NCBI RefSeq assembly: GCF_000698785.1 | Contig: NZ_CP007536.1 | Coordinates: 660,001-692,000, forward strand | Source: Nitrososphaera viennensis EN76 | Lineage (GTDB): Archaea; Thermoproteota; Nitrososphaeria; Nitrososphaerales; Nitrososphaeraceae | Direction: 5' to 3' | DNA: 32,000 nucleotides | In this document: positions 1-8,423 of the stretch, piece after piece | Numbering within the stretch: position 1 is the first letter of the stretch | Layout of the letters: each line of letters starts with the position of its first letter | Notes under the pieces: model-generated | The model's database searches: none | What the model saw: only the letters and a program-made list of their open reading frames with translations | What the model was told of the DNA's origin: nothing | Translations under genes and position numbers: made by a program

Positions 1-995
1 GTGCTGCGCAGTTCTGCCAGGACAGAGTCTGCAAACTCGAAAAGCGCTTCCCTTGACTGCGCCGCGGCTTTCAAAAAGGGATACGCCATCGCAGCCATGC
101 TTGCGCCAAGCGCGATGCATTTTGCAACTTCAAGGCCGTTTCGGAGGCCGCCCGACGCAACAAGCGGTAGTTTCACGGCCTTTCTTGTTTCAATTAGGCT
201 TGCGGCAGTAGGCATGCCCCAGTCCCAGAACATCTCGCCAAGGCGCGCCTTTTTGCGGTCCTTGACCATGTCGGCGCGCAGCTTTTCCACGCCGGCCCAG
301 CTCGTCCCTCCAGCTCCGGCGACGTTTATCGCAGAGGCGCCGGCCATCTCCAGCTTTATCGCGACTTCGCGCGAGATGCCTGCCCCGACCTCCTTGACGA
401 TCACCGGCACATCCATGCTCTTGACAAGCTCTACTATTTTTGCATGGACGCCCTTGTAGCGGGGCTCGCCCTCTGGCTGTACCAGTTCCTGCAACGGGTT
501 GAGGTGGACTACGAGCGCGTTTGCCCTTATCATCTTCACTATCTTTCTTGCATCGTCAACCGACAGCCCCTTGGCCAGCTGCGCGCCTCCAATGTTTGCT
601 ATCAAGAACGCGTTTGGCGCGTTCTTTCTCGCAACTGAATAGGTAGATGCCAGCTCTTCGCTTTTCAGGCCGGCGCGCTGGCTTCCAAGCCCCATGCCAA
701 GGCCATACTTTTCTGCAAGCTCGCCCAGCCTGCCGTTTATTACGGTCGCCTCGTCGGTGCCGCCGGTCATCGAGTCGATTATCAACGGTGCAGAAAACCT
801 GTGGCCCAGGAACCTGGTCGAAAGGTCGATGTCGTCATAGTCAAGCTCGGGAAGCGCATTGTGCACCAGTTTTACGTATTCGAGGTACGTCGACGTCGTC
901 CGGGCCTGCACGTCCTTTTGCAGAGGGATGTCTATTCCGTCCTTTTTGCGCTGCTTTATTATTTCAATGTCAGAAGGCACATCGGCGTCAGGCAA
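1..995 (-). CDS. fni: Isopentenyl-diphosphate delta-isomerase, type 2 (FMN-dependent); 3' end lies beyond the left window edge
   Basis: Missing from the ORF track because there is no stop codon in the window. My reverse-strand translation from TTG 995 (alternative GTG 980) stays open to nt 1. It reads RFLGHRFSAPLIIDSMTGGTDEA, GLGSQRAGL, VVHLNPLQE, VIVKEVGAGIS, INVAGAGGTSWA and LPLVASGGLRNGLEVAKCIALGASMAAMAYPFL, all typical of IDI-2. The start is 6 nt downstream of the ipk stop. Confidence 0.85.
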   Translation of the reverse strand, partial: MPDADVPSDIEIIKQRKKDGIDIPLQKDVQARTTSTYLEYVKLVHNALPELDYDDIDLSTRFLGHRFSAPLIIDSMTGGTDEATVINGRLGELAEKYGLGMGLGSQRAGLKSEELASTYSVARKNAPNAFLIANIGGAQLAKGLSVDDARKIVKMIRANALVVHLNPLQELVQPEGEPRYKGVHAKIVELVKSMDVPVIVKEVGAGISREVAIKLEMAGASAINVAGAGGTSWAGVEKLRADMVKDRKKARLGEMFWDWGMPTAASLIETRKAVKLPLVASGGLRNGLEVAKCIALGASMAAMAYPFLKAAAQSREALFEFADSVLAELRS

Positions 996-1001
996 CTGCT
1001 G

Positions 1002-1784
1002 TTATTTCCTCCCCTTCTTTACGACGGTGCCTGTCTGAACCTTGCCCTGCGCCGCCTGGGCGATGCGCTCAGGGTAGAGCCCGTTTACCAGCACGACATC
1101 CATACCCATTGATGCAATCTTAAATGCTTCCCTTACCTTGCGCTGCATGCCGCCAGTCACGTCGGCGCCGGCTGTCTTTGAGAATTCCACGGGGTCGCCA
1201 CCGCCACCCCTTCCAGGCTTTAGCTCTTTTATGATCTCTTTTGTCTGCATGTCCCTGTAAATGCCGTCAACGTTTGTGGCAAATATCACCCTTGACGGCT
1301 TTAGCACCTTTGCGATGATTGACATCAGCGCGTCGCCGGAAAGAATAGAGTATTTCCGGCCGCCCATGTGTACCACGTCGCCAAAAGTTACAGGTATTAC
1401 GTTTGACTTTTTTGCCATTTCATGCAGCTGCTTTACCTTTGCTGCAATCACTTTATGGCCCGTCGTGAACATTGCCGGCGCGACAGCGTACGGGTTTGCG
1501 CCTGCCTTTATCATGGAATTTACGATTATCTGGTTTAATGCGACCATCGACTCGTGTACTACTGCGACTCCGTGTGGATCGTAGGGCGCAGCCTTTGTGT
1601 GCATGTCGTACTGCACCGACCAGTGGTGGCCAAAAGACCCCCCGCCGTGGACAACCATGACAGGCATGTCAAGCTGCGCAAGGGCGCCGGATATGCCGTC
1701 TATGGCCCCGGTGTTTGCGGCAAGCGCCCGGTCCTTGAAGGTAATGACAGAGCCCCCCAGCTTGACAAGCACAAGTTTCTGCAT
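1002..1784 (-). CDS. ipk: Isopentenyl phosphate kinase (amino-acid-kinase fold, archaeal mevalonate pathway)
   Basis: 260 aa. N-terminal VLVKLGGSVITFK and VVHGGGSFGH motifs. Immediately upstream of fni on the same strand. Confidence 0.85.
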   Translation of the reverse strand: MQKLVLVKLGGSVITFKDRALAANTGAIDGISGALAQLDMPVMVVHGGGSFGHHWSVQYDMHTKAAPYDPHGVAVVHESMVALNQIIVNSMIKAGANPYAVAPAMFTTGHKVIAAKVKQLHEMAKKSNVIPVTFGDVVHMGGRKYSILSGDALMSIIAKVLKPSRVIFATNVDGIYRDMQTKEIIKELKPGRGGGGDPVEFSKTAGADVTGGMQRKVREAFKIASMGMDVVLVNGLYPERIAQAAQGKVQTGTVVKKGRK

Positions 1785-1835
1785 TTAGTAAAAAGCGTGT
1801 ATTGTGTAGTCGATTTAAAGTTTTGACCTACCCAC

Positions 1836-2129
1836 TCAGGCGATGTGGCTTGGCGACGGCCTTTCCTGCGACGCAGCGGCTCCGGACACCTGGCTTTTTG
1901 GCATCGTAAATCGCTTGTCGGCAGGTATGATGTAGACCTTGACCGCCGAGTTGACCGCGTAGTGCGGCGTGCCGTCCGGGTTTCTGTAGTTGGTTGCAAT
2001 ACCGACGCGCTCCAGCGACACCTTTACCTTGACGATCGTGCCGTCTTCAAGCTTGAACGATACAGTGTCGTCGCCGATGCTCTCGTGGTCGAGCATCTTG
2101 AACTCGATCCTGTCTTTTGCCTCGGCCAT
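1836..2129 (-). CDS. Hypothetical small protein (97 aa, predicted all-beta, S/A/P-rich tail)
   Basis: Clean ORF with coding-like composition and an ATG start. I recognise no motif. Confidence 0.5.
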   Translation of the reverse strand: MAEAKDRIEFKMLDHESIGDDTVSFKLEDGTIVKVKVSLERVGIATNYRNPDGTPHYAVNSAVKVYIIPADKRFTMPKSQVSGAAASQERPSPSHIA

Positions 2130-2519
2130 GCAGCAGATAGCGCGTATTGAGTATAAATAGACAAGCCTGATTCCAGAATGCCAGAGACGGGCCCCTGCCG
2201 AGCGGGATGTGAACGCCTAACAGAACTTTTCTGTGCCAAGACAGTAATTCCCGACTGCCTGCTGCTTTGCGATGCCACCGGCATGTGAAACAAAAAATAC
2301 GCATGTCCGTTTGCAGAACTCTGGCATCCTCTTGGTCTTTATGGCGCGCCGAAAAACGTCTTGGGATCGCTCTGGAAGATATTTATCATAGTTTTTCCTA
2401 GATAATTTTGGTCGTTTTATCCGAGTCTCTGGCACCTGCAACGATTTTCGAGATAAAGTTAGGTTCGAGTTTTCTGCAGTCATAATCTATTTATCTTCGA
2501 TCTGAGTCAGCTTAGCTTG

Positions 2520-3644
2520 ATGGGCAGATTCTTTGGAAAGGGCGGCAGCAGCAACAAGGACGAGGCCCCTTCCGAGCGCGAACAGGTTCCGAATTATTCA
2601 GACTCTGAATTCCAGAAGCGTGACCTGTTCAAGAAGGGACAGAACTACATGTCCAACGACAAGATGCTCGACGCCGTGAGGTGCTTCGAGCTGGCGCTGA
2701 GGATCGACCCCAAGTACGTGGATGCATGGGTCAAGAAAGGGTACGCGCACTTCCACATGGGCGAGTACACGGTCGCAATTTCCTCGTACGACAGGGCGCT
2801 TGAGGTAGACGTCAACAACGCAGAAGCGTGGAACCTCAAGGGCCTGGCATACTACAAGCTAAAGAACCACGAAAAGGCCATCGAGTGCTGCGAAAAGGCA
2901 ATAGACATCGACCCGAACGACGGCATGGCGTGGTACAATAGGGCATGCTATCTTACATTATCAGGCAAGGTCGACGAGGGCCTTGAATCATTAAAGCGCT
3001 CCATCGAAATAGACATTGCAAACGCGCGCAAGGCAGTCAAGGACAGGGACTTTGAGAACGCCCGCGCAGAAGAGGGATTCCGCAGGATCATCGAGGTTGT
3101 TGTTCTAGAATCGATAAGGCAGGGCTATGACTATGTCGGCAAAATAGTCTGGCTTACAGGAATCGACAAGATCGAAGTCGAGGACGCCATAATGAGGCTG
3201 TCGATGAAGGGCCTCCTGACAAAGAGGGAAAAGCGCAACATCACCGGCATGGAGGAATACTACGAGATCACTAAAGAGATCGCCGACAAGGTCGGCGTTA
3301 CCAAGAGGGTCGGCCTGTTTGGCAAGGAAAGGCAGGTATCTGCTCCCGTGCAGCAGCTCAAGGACATCAGCGAGGTCCTTGGCAAGGCCAAGGAGGCAGT
3401 CGAGCGCGGCGACCTGGAGGCAACCAAGCAGTGCTTTGACGAGCTGATAAGCCCGGCCAAGCACGGAAACGCCATGATAGAACAGTTCTTTGAGGAGCAC
3501 CGCGACCTGAGGCTTGCGCAGATCAAACTTCGCGACAGAGGGCAGGAATACCTCAACGCCAACAAGACGGCCATGATCGACATGATAGGCAGGATCGATA
3601 TGAAGGTGCGCCAAGGCCCAGTCACCAAGCCAGCAAAAGATTAA
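2520..3644 (+). CDS. TPR-repeat protein with a central winged-helix-like segment and a helical C-terminus
   Basis: About four TPR units (AWVKKGYAHFHMGEYTVAISSYDRALEVD, AEAWNLKGLAYYKLKNHEKAIECCEKAIDIDP, GMAWYNRACYL...). These are followed by LTGIDKIEVEDAIMRLSMKGLLTKRE. TTG 2517 is directly followed by ATG 2520. Confidence 0.75.
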   Translation: MGRFFGKGGSSNKDEAPSEREQVPNYSDSEFQKRDLFKKGQNYMSNDKMLDAVRCFELALRIDPKYVDAWVKKGYAHFHMGEYTVAISSYDRALEVDVNNAEAWNLKGLAYYKLKNHEKAIECCEKAIDIDPNDGMAWYNRACYLTLSGKVDEGLESLKRSIEIDIANARKAVKDRDFENARAEEGFRRIIEVVVLESIRQGYDYVGKIVWLTGIDKIEVEDAIMRLSMKGLLTKREKRNITGMEEYYEITKEIADKVGVTKRVGLFGKERQVSAPVQQLKDISEVLGKAKEAVERGDLEATKQCFDELISPAKHGNAMIEQFFEEHRDLRLAQIKLRDRGQEYLNANKTAMIDMIGRIDMKVRQGPVTKPAKD

Positions 3645-3675
3645 ATCTACACTTCCTTTATTGCCTCACAAGTAT

Positions 3676-4698
3676 ATGGCACCAGCAGACATCAAGGTTG
3701 CCGTCATCGGCGTGGGCAACGTGGGAGCAACTTTTGTCCAGGGCGTACAGTATTACAGCGATTCAAAGAACGGAGTCGGCCTGTGGCACCAAAAGGTGGC
3801 AGGCTTTCGCCCTTCAAACCTGAAAATAGTTGCCGCATTTGATGTCAATCCTGCCAAGGTCGGCAGGCCTCTTGCTGAAGTTGCGACCGCAAGCACGAAA
3901 AAGTACTGCGACGTTTCATCCAAGGTGAATGTTGGCGCGGGGCTTGCGCTTGACGCCTACTATGATGGCGAGCAGAAACCCGCAACAACCAGCGCGCAGG
4001 ATTTTGCAAGGGCGCTTGAAGATTCTGGCGCCGATATTGTCCTGAATCTGATATCGTCAGGCATGGACAAGTCGTCTGCCGAATATGCCAGAGCCGCGTT
4101 AAAGGCAGGTGCATCGTTTGTCAACGCGACCCCGGCAAAGCTTGCAAACTCTTCGCTTGCAAGCAAGTTTGCGCAAAAGAAACTTGTGCTTGCCGGCGAC
4201 GACCTGCTCAGCCAGTTTGGCGGGACGGCGTTCCACAAGGGCATGATCGACTTTATGGTGGAGCGTGGCGTGCATGTCAGCAAAAGCTACCAATTAGACG
4301 TTGGCGGCAGCGAAGAGACAAAGCGCACTATGGACGAGCGCATAAAGATGCTAAAGCGCGGCATGAAGACAGGCGCAATAGGCATGGAGGCGCCGTACGA
4401 GTTCGAGTCCGTGGCAGGCACCACAGAATATACCGATTTTCTGGGCGACTCGCGCAACAGCTATTACTGGATGTCAAGCGAAGGCTTTATGGGAAGCAAG
4501 ATAATCATGGATCTCACCCTGAGGACAAGCGACGGCGCAAACGCCGGCAACGTGCTCCTTGACGTGGTGAGGGCATCAATGGCAAAAAGCCCGGTGGCCA
4601 AAAAGGCGCCGGTGATAAACGCGTACGGGTTCAAGAACCCGCCAAAGAAGGCCAAGGTGCGCAGTGCCTATGCCGACTTTGTCAAGATGTTCGCGTAG
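3676..4698 (+). CDS. ino1: myo-Inositol-1-phosphate synthase
   Basis: IKVAVIGVGNVGATFVQGVQYY, KIVAAFDVNPAKVG, FVNATP, LAGDDLLSQFGGT and YQLDVGGSEE are collinear with the actinobacterial/archaeal Ino1 I recall. The alternative TTG start at 3661 adds 5 codons. Confidence 0.85.
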   Translation: MAPADIKVAVIGVGNVGATFVQGVQYYSDSKNGVGLWHQKVAGFRPSNLKIVAAFDVNPAKVGRPLAEVATASTKKYCDVSSKVNVGAGLALDAYYDGEQKPATTSAQDFARALEDSGADIVLNLISSGMDKSSAEYARAALKAGASFVNATPAKLANSSLASKFAQKKLVLAGDDLLSQFGGTAFHKGMIDFMVERGVHVSKSYQLDVGGSEETKRTMDERIKMLKRGMKTGAIGMEAPYEFESVAGTTEYTDFLGDSRNSYYWMSSEGFMGSKIIMDLTLRTSDGANAGNVLLDVVRASMAKSPVAKKAPVINAYGFKNPPKKAKVRSAYADFVKMFA

Positions 4699-4949
4699 AT
4701 GCACCCCATTCCAACAACCTATTGGTTGTCGCAATAGTCAAGCCCGCTTACCGAGATCATGAGCCCGTTCAAGCCCATGCCAAGAAGTTCAGAGACAAAG
4801 ACGAGTCCGCCAAACCAGAATTATCCAAGTATCTAAATTCTCTATATGAAGAATGGTGAAGATGATTATATGATATTTCTGTGTTTATCGACCGTCATGA
4901 ACCGCAATGCTGCACAAAAATCTCTTCTCTTTGGAGGATTTCGACTCTA

Positions 4950-5141
4950 ATGGCCCGGGTGATAGCGCCAGAAACTGCAGGTTACAAGCGAGTATTCTAC
5001 ATTAACTTCTACAAACAGAAAGGCGCGTGCTTGCTTTGCAGACAGAAAATTAACTTTGGTGATGTAATCGTCAGCCACAGCCATAAGAATGCAAAGTATT
5101 ACCACGAAGAATGTGCACGAAAAGTAATGATATTATCATGA
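4950..5141 (+). CDS. Hypothetical 63-aa zinc-finger-like mini-protein (CxxC...HxxxC)
   Basis: CLLCRQK...YYHEEC pairing. AT-rich codon usage inside the AT-rich island. The longer ORF from GTG 4881 is possible. Confidence 0.35.
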   Translation: MARVIAPETAGYKRVFYINFYKQKGACLLCRQKINFGDVIVSHSHKNAKYYHEECARKVMILS

Positions 5142-5231
5142 TTATATACATGTGATCAGACTTTTCGCGATCTAGTCCAGAGCCTTCGCCCGCAGCAAAA
5201 GCACCAGGTATTTACAGTCTAAAAAGATCCC

Positions 5232-5247
5232 TCTCCCTGCAGGGAGA
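5232..5247. terminator. 16-bp perfect palindrome TCTCCCTGCAGGGAGA between convergent genes
   Basis: Forms a 6-bp stem with a TGCA loop. On the minus strand it is followed by TCTTTTT. Lies between the stops at 5141 (+) and 5334 (-). Confidence 0.4.
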
Positions 5248-5333
5248 AGATTATATTCACAAGGTCGGAGATGAATAGGAATCGAGTATCTTTGGCGAGG
5301 TCGGCATTTGACATACACATCTATCTACATACA

Positions 5334-5648
5334 TCAAGGGCCGTAATTAGCGAAACCAACGTCAGGGCCCGGCCTGCCACATATCTCATCAGGGAGCAAT
5401 GTCCCATTAGGTGGGACGACTTTTTTAATACACACCATCACTGACAAAGGGTTGTTTGCCGAGGCTGGCTCTGCATCCGTATTGCCTTTTGCATTCGTAG
5501 CATATGCGAATTGCTGTTGTTGACCATCACGCTTTGCCGGTACCGCTAACCCTATTACCACCATAGCGGAAACAAGTCCAAAAGCGAGTACAACAGCATA
5601 TTTTCTATATAATGGGCCCGTTCTGTAGAAAATTCTTTGCCGAAACAT
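5334..5648 (-). CDS. Hypothetical small secreted or membrane-anchored protein (104 aa, 2 Cys)
   Basis: N-terminal basic stretch followed by a hydrophobic helix (YAVVLAFGLVSAMVVIGLAV). Q/N/A-rich mature part with two Cys. Confidence 0.45.
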   Translation of the reverse strand: MFRQRIFYRTGPLYRKYAVVLAFGLVSAMVVIGLAVPAKRDGQQQQFAYATNAKGNTDAEPASANNPLSVMVCIKKVVPPNGTLLPDEICGRPGPDVGFANYGP

Positions 5649-5783
5649 ATGATATATACTCGGAATCTAGGTTAATAAAATGGATCTCCTGCAAAAATTT
5701 CAAAGAAGTAATGAGAGATGGACCCGTTCTGGCTGATCAAACAGTAACTTGTTGCTCTGCACTTTGTCCGTGACTTGCATTCT

Positions 5784-5799
5784 TGATCATGCATGATCA
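5784..5799. promoter_or_regulatory. 16-bp perfect palindrome TGATCATGCATGATCA in a divergent promoter region
   Basis: Roughly central in the 293-bp AT-rich spacer between the divergent small secreted-protein genes (5648 and 5942). Confidence 0.35.
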
Positions 5800-5941
5800 T
5801 ACTGCTAAGCTTATATAATATAATATTCTATTATCTGGTGATTTTTGGTATTAAATTTACATTAATAAATTAACTATGATCAAATTATCTTCATAAATAA
5901 CCAAATACGTATAATCATTCATCTCGAGATCAGTATCTGCA

Positions 5942-6241
5942 ATGAATTTTGCAAGTAGAGAAGAAGCAAAACCGATACGAACTAAAACAGCCGAGAGAAG
6001 AAAATGGGGAGTTATTGTAGCTGTGACAGCAATCATGGCGGCACTGGCGCTTGCAGCTGCGCCTGCATTCCTTCAAAGTGCATCGGCCAAGATAACAGAA
6101 GAAGATACCTCCTGCGAGAACAGGGGAGGGAATGAGCCGGGCGGCCAGCAGCCCACCTGCGAAGGCGAGGGTCTAACACAGAACACCGAGAACCAGAATC
6201 CTTCTGGCCATGCTCCACCGGGACACAATAAAGACGACTAG
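5942..6241 (+). CDS. Hypothetical small secreted protein (99 aa, 2 Cys, G/E/N/Q/P-rich, His-containing tail)
   Basis: ERRKWGVIVAVTAIMAALALAAAPAFLQSASA looks like a signal peptide with an AxA site. A hairpin plus T-run follows the stop. Confidence 0.5.
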   Translation: MNFASREEAKPIRTKTAERRKWGVIVAVTAIMAALALAAAPAFLQSASAKITEEDTSCENRGGNEPGGQQPTCEGEGLTQNTENQNPSGHAPPGHNKDD

Positions 6242-6284
6242 AATATTGTCGTAGCACAACAATAACAATAGCTGAGAAAAAATA

Positions 6285-6345
6285 GATGAGGGCGGCATCA
6301 GCAGTAGAAGTAGTAGACGCTCGCCCCTCATCATGCTACTTTTTA
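6285..6345 (+). terminator. Hairpin plus T-run downstream of the 99-aa ORF
   Basis: GATGAGGG (6285-6292) pairs with CCCTCATC (6325-6332). CTTTTTAT follows at 6339-6346. Confidence 0.4.
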
Positions 6346-6413
6346 TATCTACATCACTACAGGGAAAAATTGGATGATCGGGAAGCCCTATTAGCTTTGT
6401 AACAGATTTATTA

Positions 6414-6427
6414 TTATGCTAGCATAA
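6414..6427. promoter_or_regulatory. 14-bp perfect palindrome TTATGCTAGCATAA upstream of thi4
   Basis: About 115 nt upstream of the thi4 start. About two palindromes of this length are expected by chance per 32 kb. Confidence 0.2.
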
Positions 6428-6510
6428 GCACGTATACTACCATGGCCGCAAAGGAATCGGCTATTTTTCTCTATTAATTGCGATTACCAGAGTTAATAAC
6501 AATCTCAATC

Positions 6511-6518
6511 TATTAATA
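6511..6518 (+). promoter_or_regulatory. TATA-like box for thi4 (leaderless geometry)
   Basis: TATTAATA lies 24-31 nt upstream of ATG 6542. Confidence 0.4.
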
Positions 6519-6541
6519 TCCTCTAGCGTCAGTTAGCGGTG

Positions 6542-7363
6542 ATGGCCAAGATATTCTCAGACGCTAGCGAGAAGGAGATCACGAGGACGATTGCCCAGAT
6601 GTTTAACGAGACCATGAACGAGTTTGTCGATTCTGACGTCATAATCATCGGTGCAGGGCCGGCGGGCCTTACCGCAGGCCGCGACCTTGCCAAGGCAGGG
6701 GTGCGCACCCTGATTGTAGAGCAGAACAACTACATCGGAGGCGGCTACTGGGTGGGAGGATACATGATGAACCCGGTGACAGTGAGGGCGCCGGCGCAAA
6801 AGCTCTGGGACGAGATTGGCGTGCCGTACAGAAAGATTAGCGAAGGCCTCTACGCGACGTGGGGCCCGCACGCGTGTTCAAAGCTGATAGCCTCTGCGTG
6901 CGACGCAGGAGTAAGGTTCCTCCAGCTGACAAAGTTCGACGACCTGGTGCTCAAGAACAAGCGCGTCGCAGGCGTGGTCGTGAACTGGATGCCGGTTTCA
7001 GCGCTTCCAAGGAACATCACGTGCGTAGACCCTGTTGCGCTTGAAAGCAAGCTGGTGATCGACGCATCAGGCCACGACTCTGTGGCGGTAAAGCGCCTGA
7101 TGGACCGTGGCTATGTAAAGTGGAAGGGCATGGATCCGATGTGGGTAGAGGGAAGCGAGGACAACGTCGTCAACTTTACCGGCGAGGTGTTCCCCGGCCT
7201 CATAGCAGCAGGCATGTCGGTCACCGAGACGCACGGCCTCCCCAGGATGGGCCCGACCTTTGGCGCGATGCTCTACTCGGGCAAAAAGGCCGCAGAAGTG
7301 GCGCTTGGCAAGCTGAAGGAGATGCCAAACCCGCCGAAAATAAGCTCTGGTGGGCGCAAGTAA
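6542..7363 (+). CDS. thi4: Thiamine thiazole synthase, Thi4 family
   Basis: VIIIGAGPAGLTAG dinucleotide fold, IGGGYWVGGYMMN, IDASGHDS, LPRMGPTFGAMLYSGKKAA. GTG 6539 immediately precedes ATG 6542. TATTAATA lies 24-31 nt upstream. Confidence 0.85.
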   Translation: MAKIFSDASEKEITRTIAQMFNETMNEFVDSDVIIIGAGPAGLTAGRDLAKAGVRTLIVEQNNYIGGGYWVGGYMMNPVTVRAPAQKLWDEIGVPYRKISEGLYATWGPHACSKLIASACDAGVRFLQLTKFDDLVLKNKRVAGVVVNWMPVSALPRNITCVDPVALESKLVIDASGHDSVAVKRLMDRGYVKWKGMDPMWVEGSEDNVVNFTGEVFPGLIAAGMSVTETHGLPRMGPTFGAMLYSGKKAAEVALGKLKEMPNPPKISSGGRK

Positions 7364-7697
7364 ATCCACCTATCTTTTCTCCCCTCTTTGAGGGACCTTG
7401 TTCTTTCTCTCGAGGCCGGTTTTGATAATCTCAAAATGCTAATAATATTGGTGCAGTAGTTATACTGCTGCAGGACAGCTCTAGCATTTTATCCTAGGAA
7501 TTGTAGACTTGTATAGCTCAGAAATTCGATTATTAAAAAAAATTATTCCGTAACAATGCACAATAACTGCAGACTTGATGCAAATAATGGACTATGATCT
7601 TATAGAGAAGCAGGTTCTAGTAAATTGCTATCTCTCTGCTGGAAGACAATACACGTAAGAAAAAGTCCTAGCCGGCGGCAAAAGGTCGAGAATAAAA

Positions 7698-8423
7698 ATG
7701 GCAGACTACCATGATTTGGATATCAATGGGCCATGCAGTTGTCCAAAATGCAGAAGTTCAGGAAATCCTAGTCCATACAGCAACCATTTAAATTACAACA
7801 GATCTAGCACTGGCCGGAGCAAGAAAGTCATCGTTGCAGTACTAATCGCAGTTGTCGCGTTGGGCGTCGGAGTAGTAGTTTTCGGACTTGCCCTGCTGAA
7901 CTCTTCGGATTCTCCCGCGGCTTCGAATACCCCGTCAGAGTCTACGGACACGGCTGTAATCCAAACTCCGGTAGAGCATGTACCCGAACAGCCGAAAGAG
8001 ACAATGCCGCTGACGGACCATTCTCCCCCAACCCAGACAATAAGTCAAGAATTGGTTTCGGAACAACTTACACTCTTTAGAAAGGACATGAGGGAATTGT
8101 CGACTACAATCCCACAGATGAACAACGGCTACCTTGAAGCAAGAATCATGCCAGAGAAGGGCTCCATAGTTGAAGTCAGGTTTTACAAAAATGCTGCTGT
8201 CTATTGCCCAGACCCGCCGTATTGCGGCTTTTTCGTGAAGGGCAGTGACATCGCCACCCAACAACTAAAGATCCCAGTGGTGGCCGGTGACAGTGTGGAG
8301 GCAGTGATTAGGAGCTCGCAAAGTACTGGCTTTAGTCAGCTGGTAAATGTCGTGCTATCAGTGCAATACGAAGAACACAAGCCTGTTGACGATACCTCAT
8401 CTTCCGCAGCGGCGGTTGAATAG
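7698..8423 (+). CDS. Hypothetical single-pass membrane protein (241 aa)
   Basis: Short Cys-rich cytoplasmic N-terminus (CSCPKC), a TM helix (VIVAVLIAVVALGVGVVVFGLALL), an S/T/P-rich linker, then a roughly 120-aa extracytoplasmic domain. Confidence 0.55.
   Translation: MADYHDLDINGPCSCPKCRSSGNPSPYSNHLNYNRSSTGRSKKVIVAVLIAVVALGVGVVVFGLALLNSSDSPAASNTPSESTDTAVIQTPVEHVPEQPKETMPLTDHSPPTQTISQELVSEQLTLFRKDMRELSTTIPQMNNGYLEARIMPEKGSIVEVRFYKNAAVYCPDPPYCGFFVKGSDIATQQLKIPVVAGDSVEAVIRSSQSTGFSQLVNVVLSVQYEEHKPVDDTSSSAAAVE

Noticed and set aside
1-1123. Plus-strand ORFs at 1-459, 444-638, 647-1123 and 801-1112
   Set aside because: All are shadow frames of the minus-strand fni gene, whose translation shows clear IDI-2 motifs.
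2217-2483. 88-aa minus-strand ORF in the long 2130-2516 spacer
   Set aside because: It has poor coding character, no motif and no sensible promoter geometry. I treat the region as non-coding; see the spacer finding.
4722-4859. 45-codon plus-strand ORF (TTG start) just after ino1, ending ...LSKYLNSLYEEW
   Set aside because: Its composition is protein-like and it could be a gene remnant. It is short, has a non-ATG start and shows no recognisable homology from sequence alone.
6242-6538. Possible TPP riboswitch upstream of thi4 (a CTGAGA element is present at about 6272)
   Set aside because: The rest of the THI-box is absent: there is no ACCTGATCTGGATAATGCCAGCG-like pyrimidine-sensor helix. The CTGAGA sits next to a terminator-like hairpin of the upstream gene.
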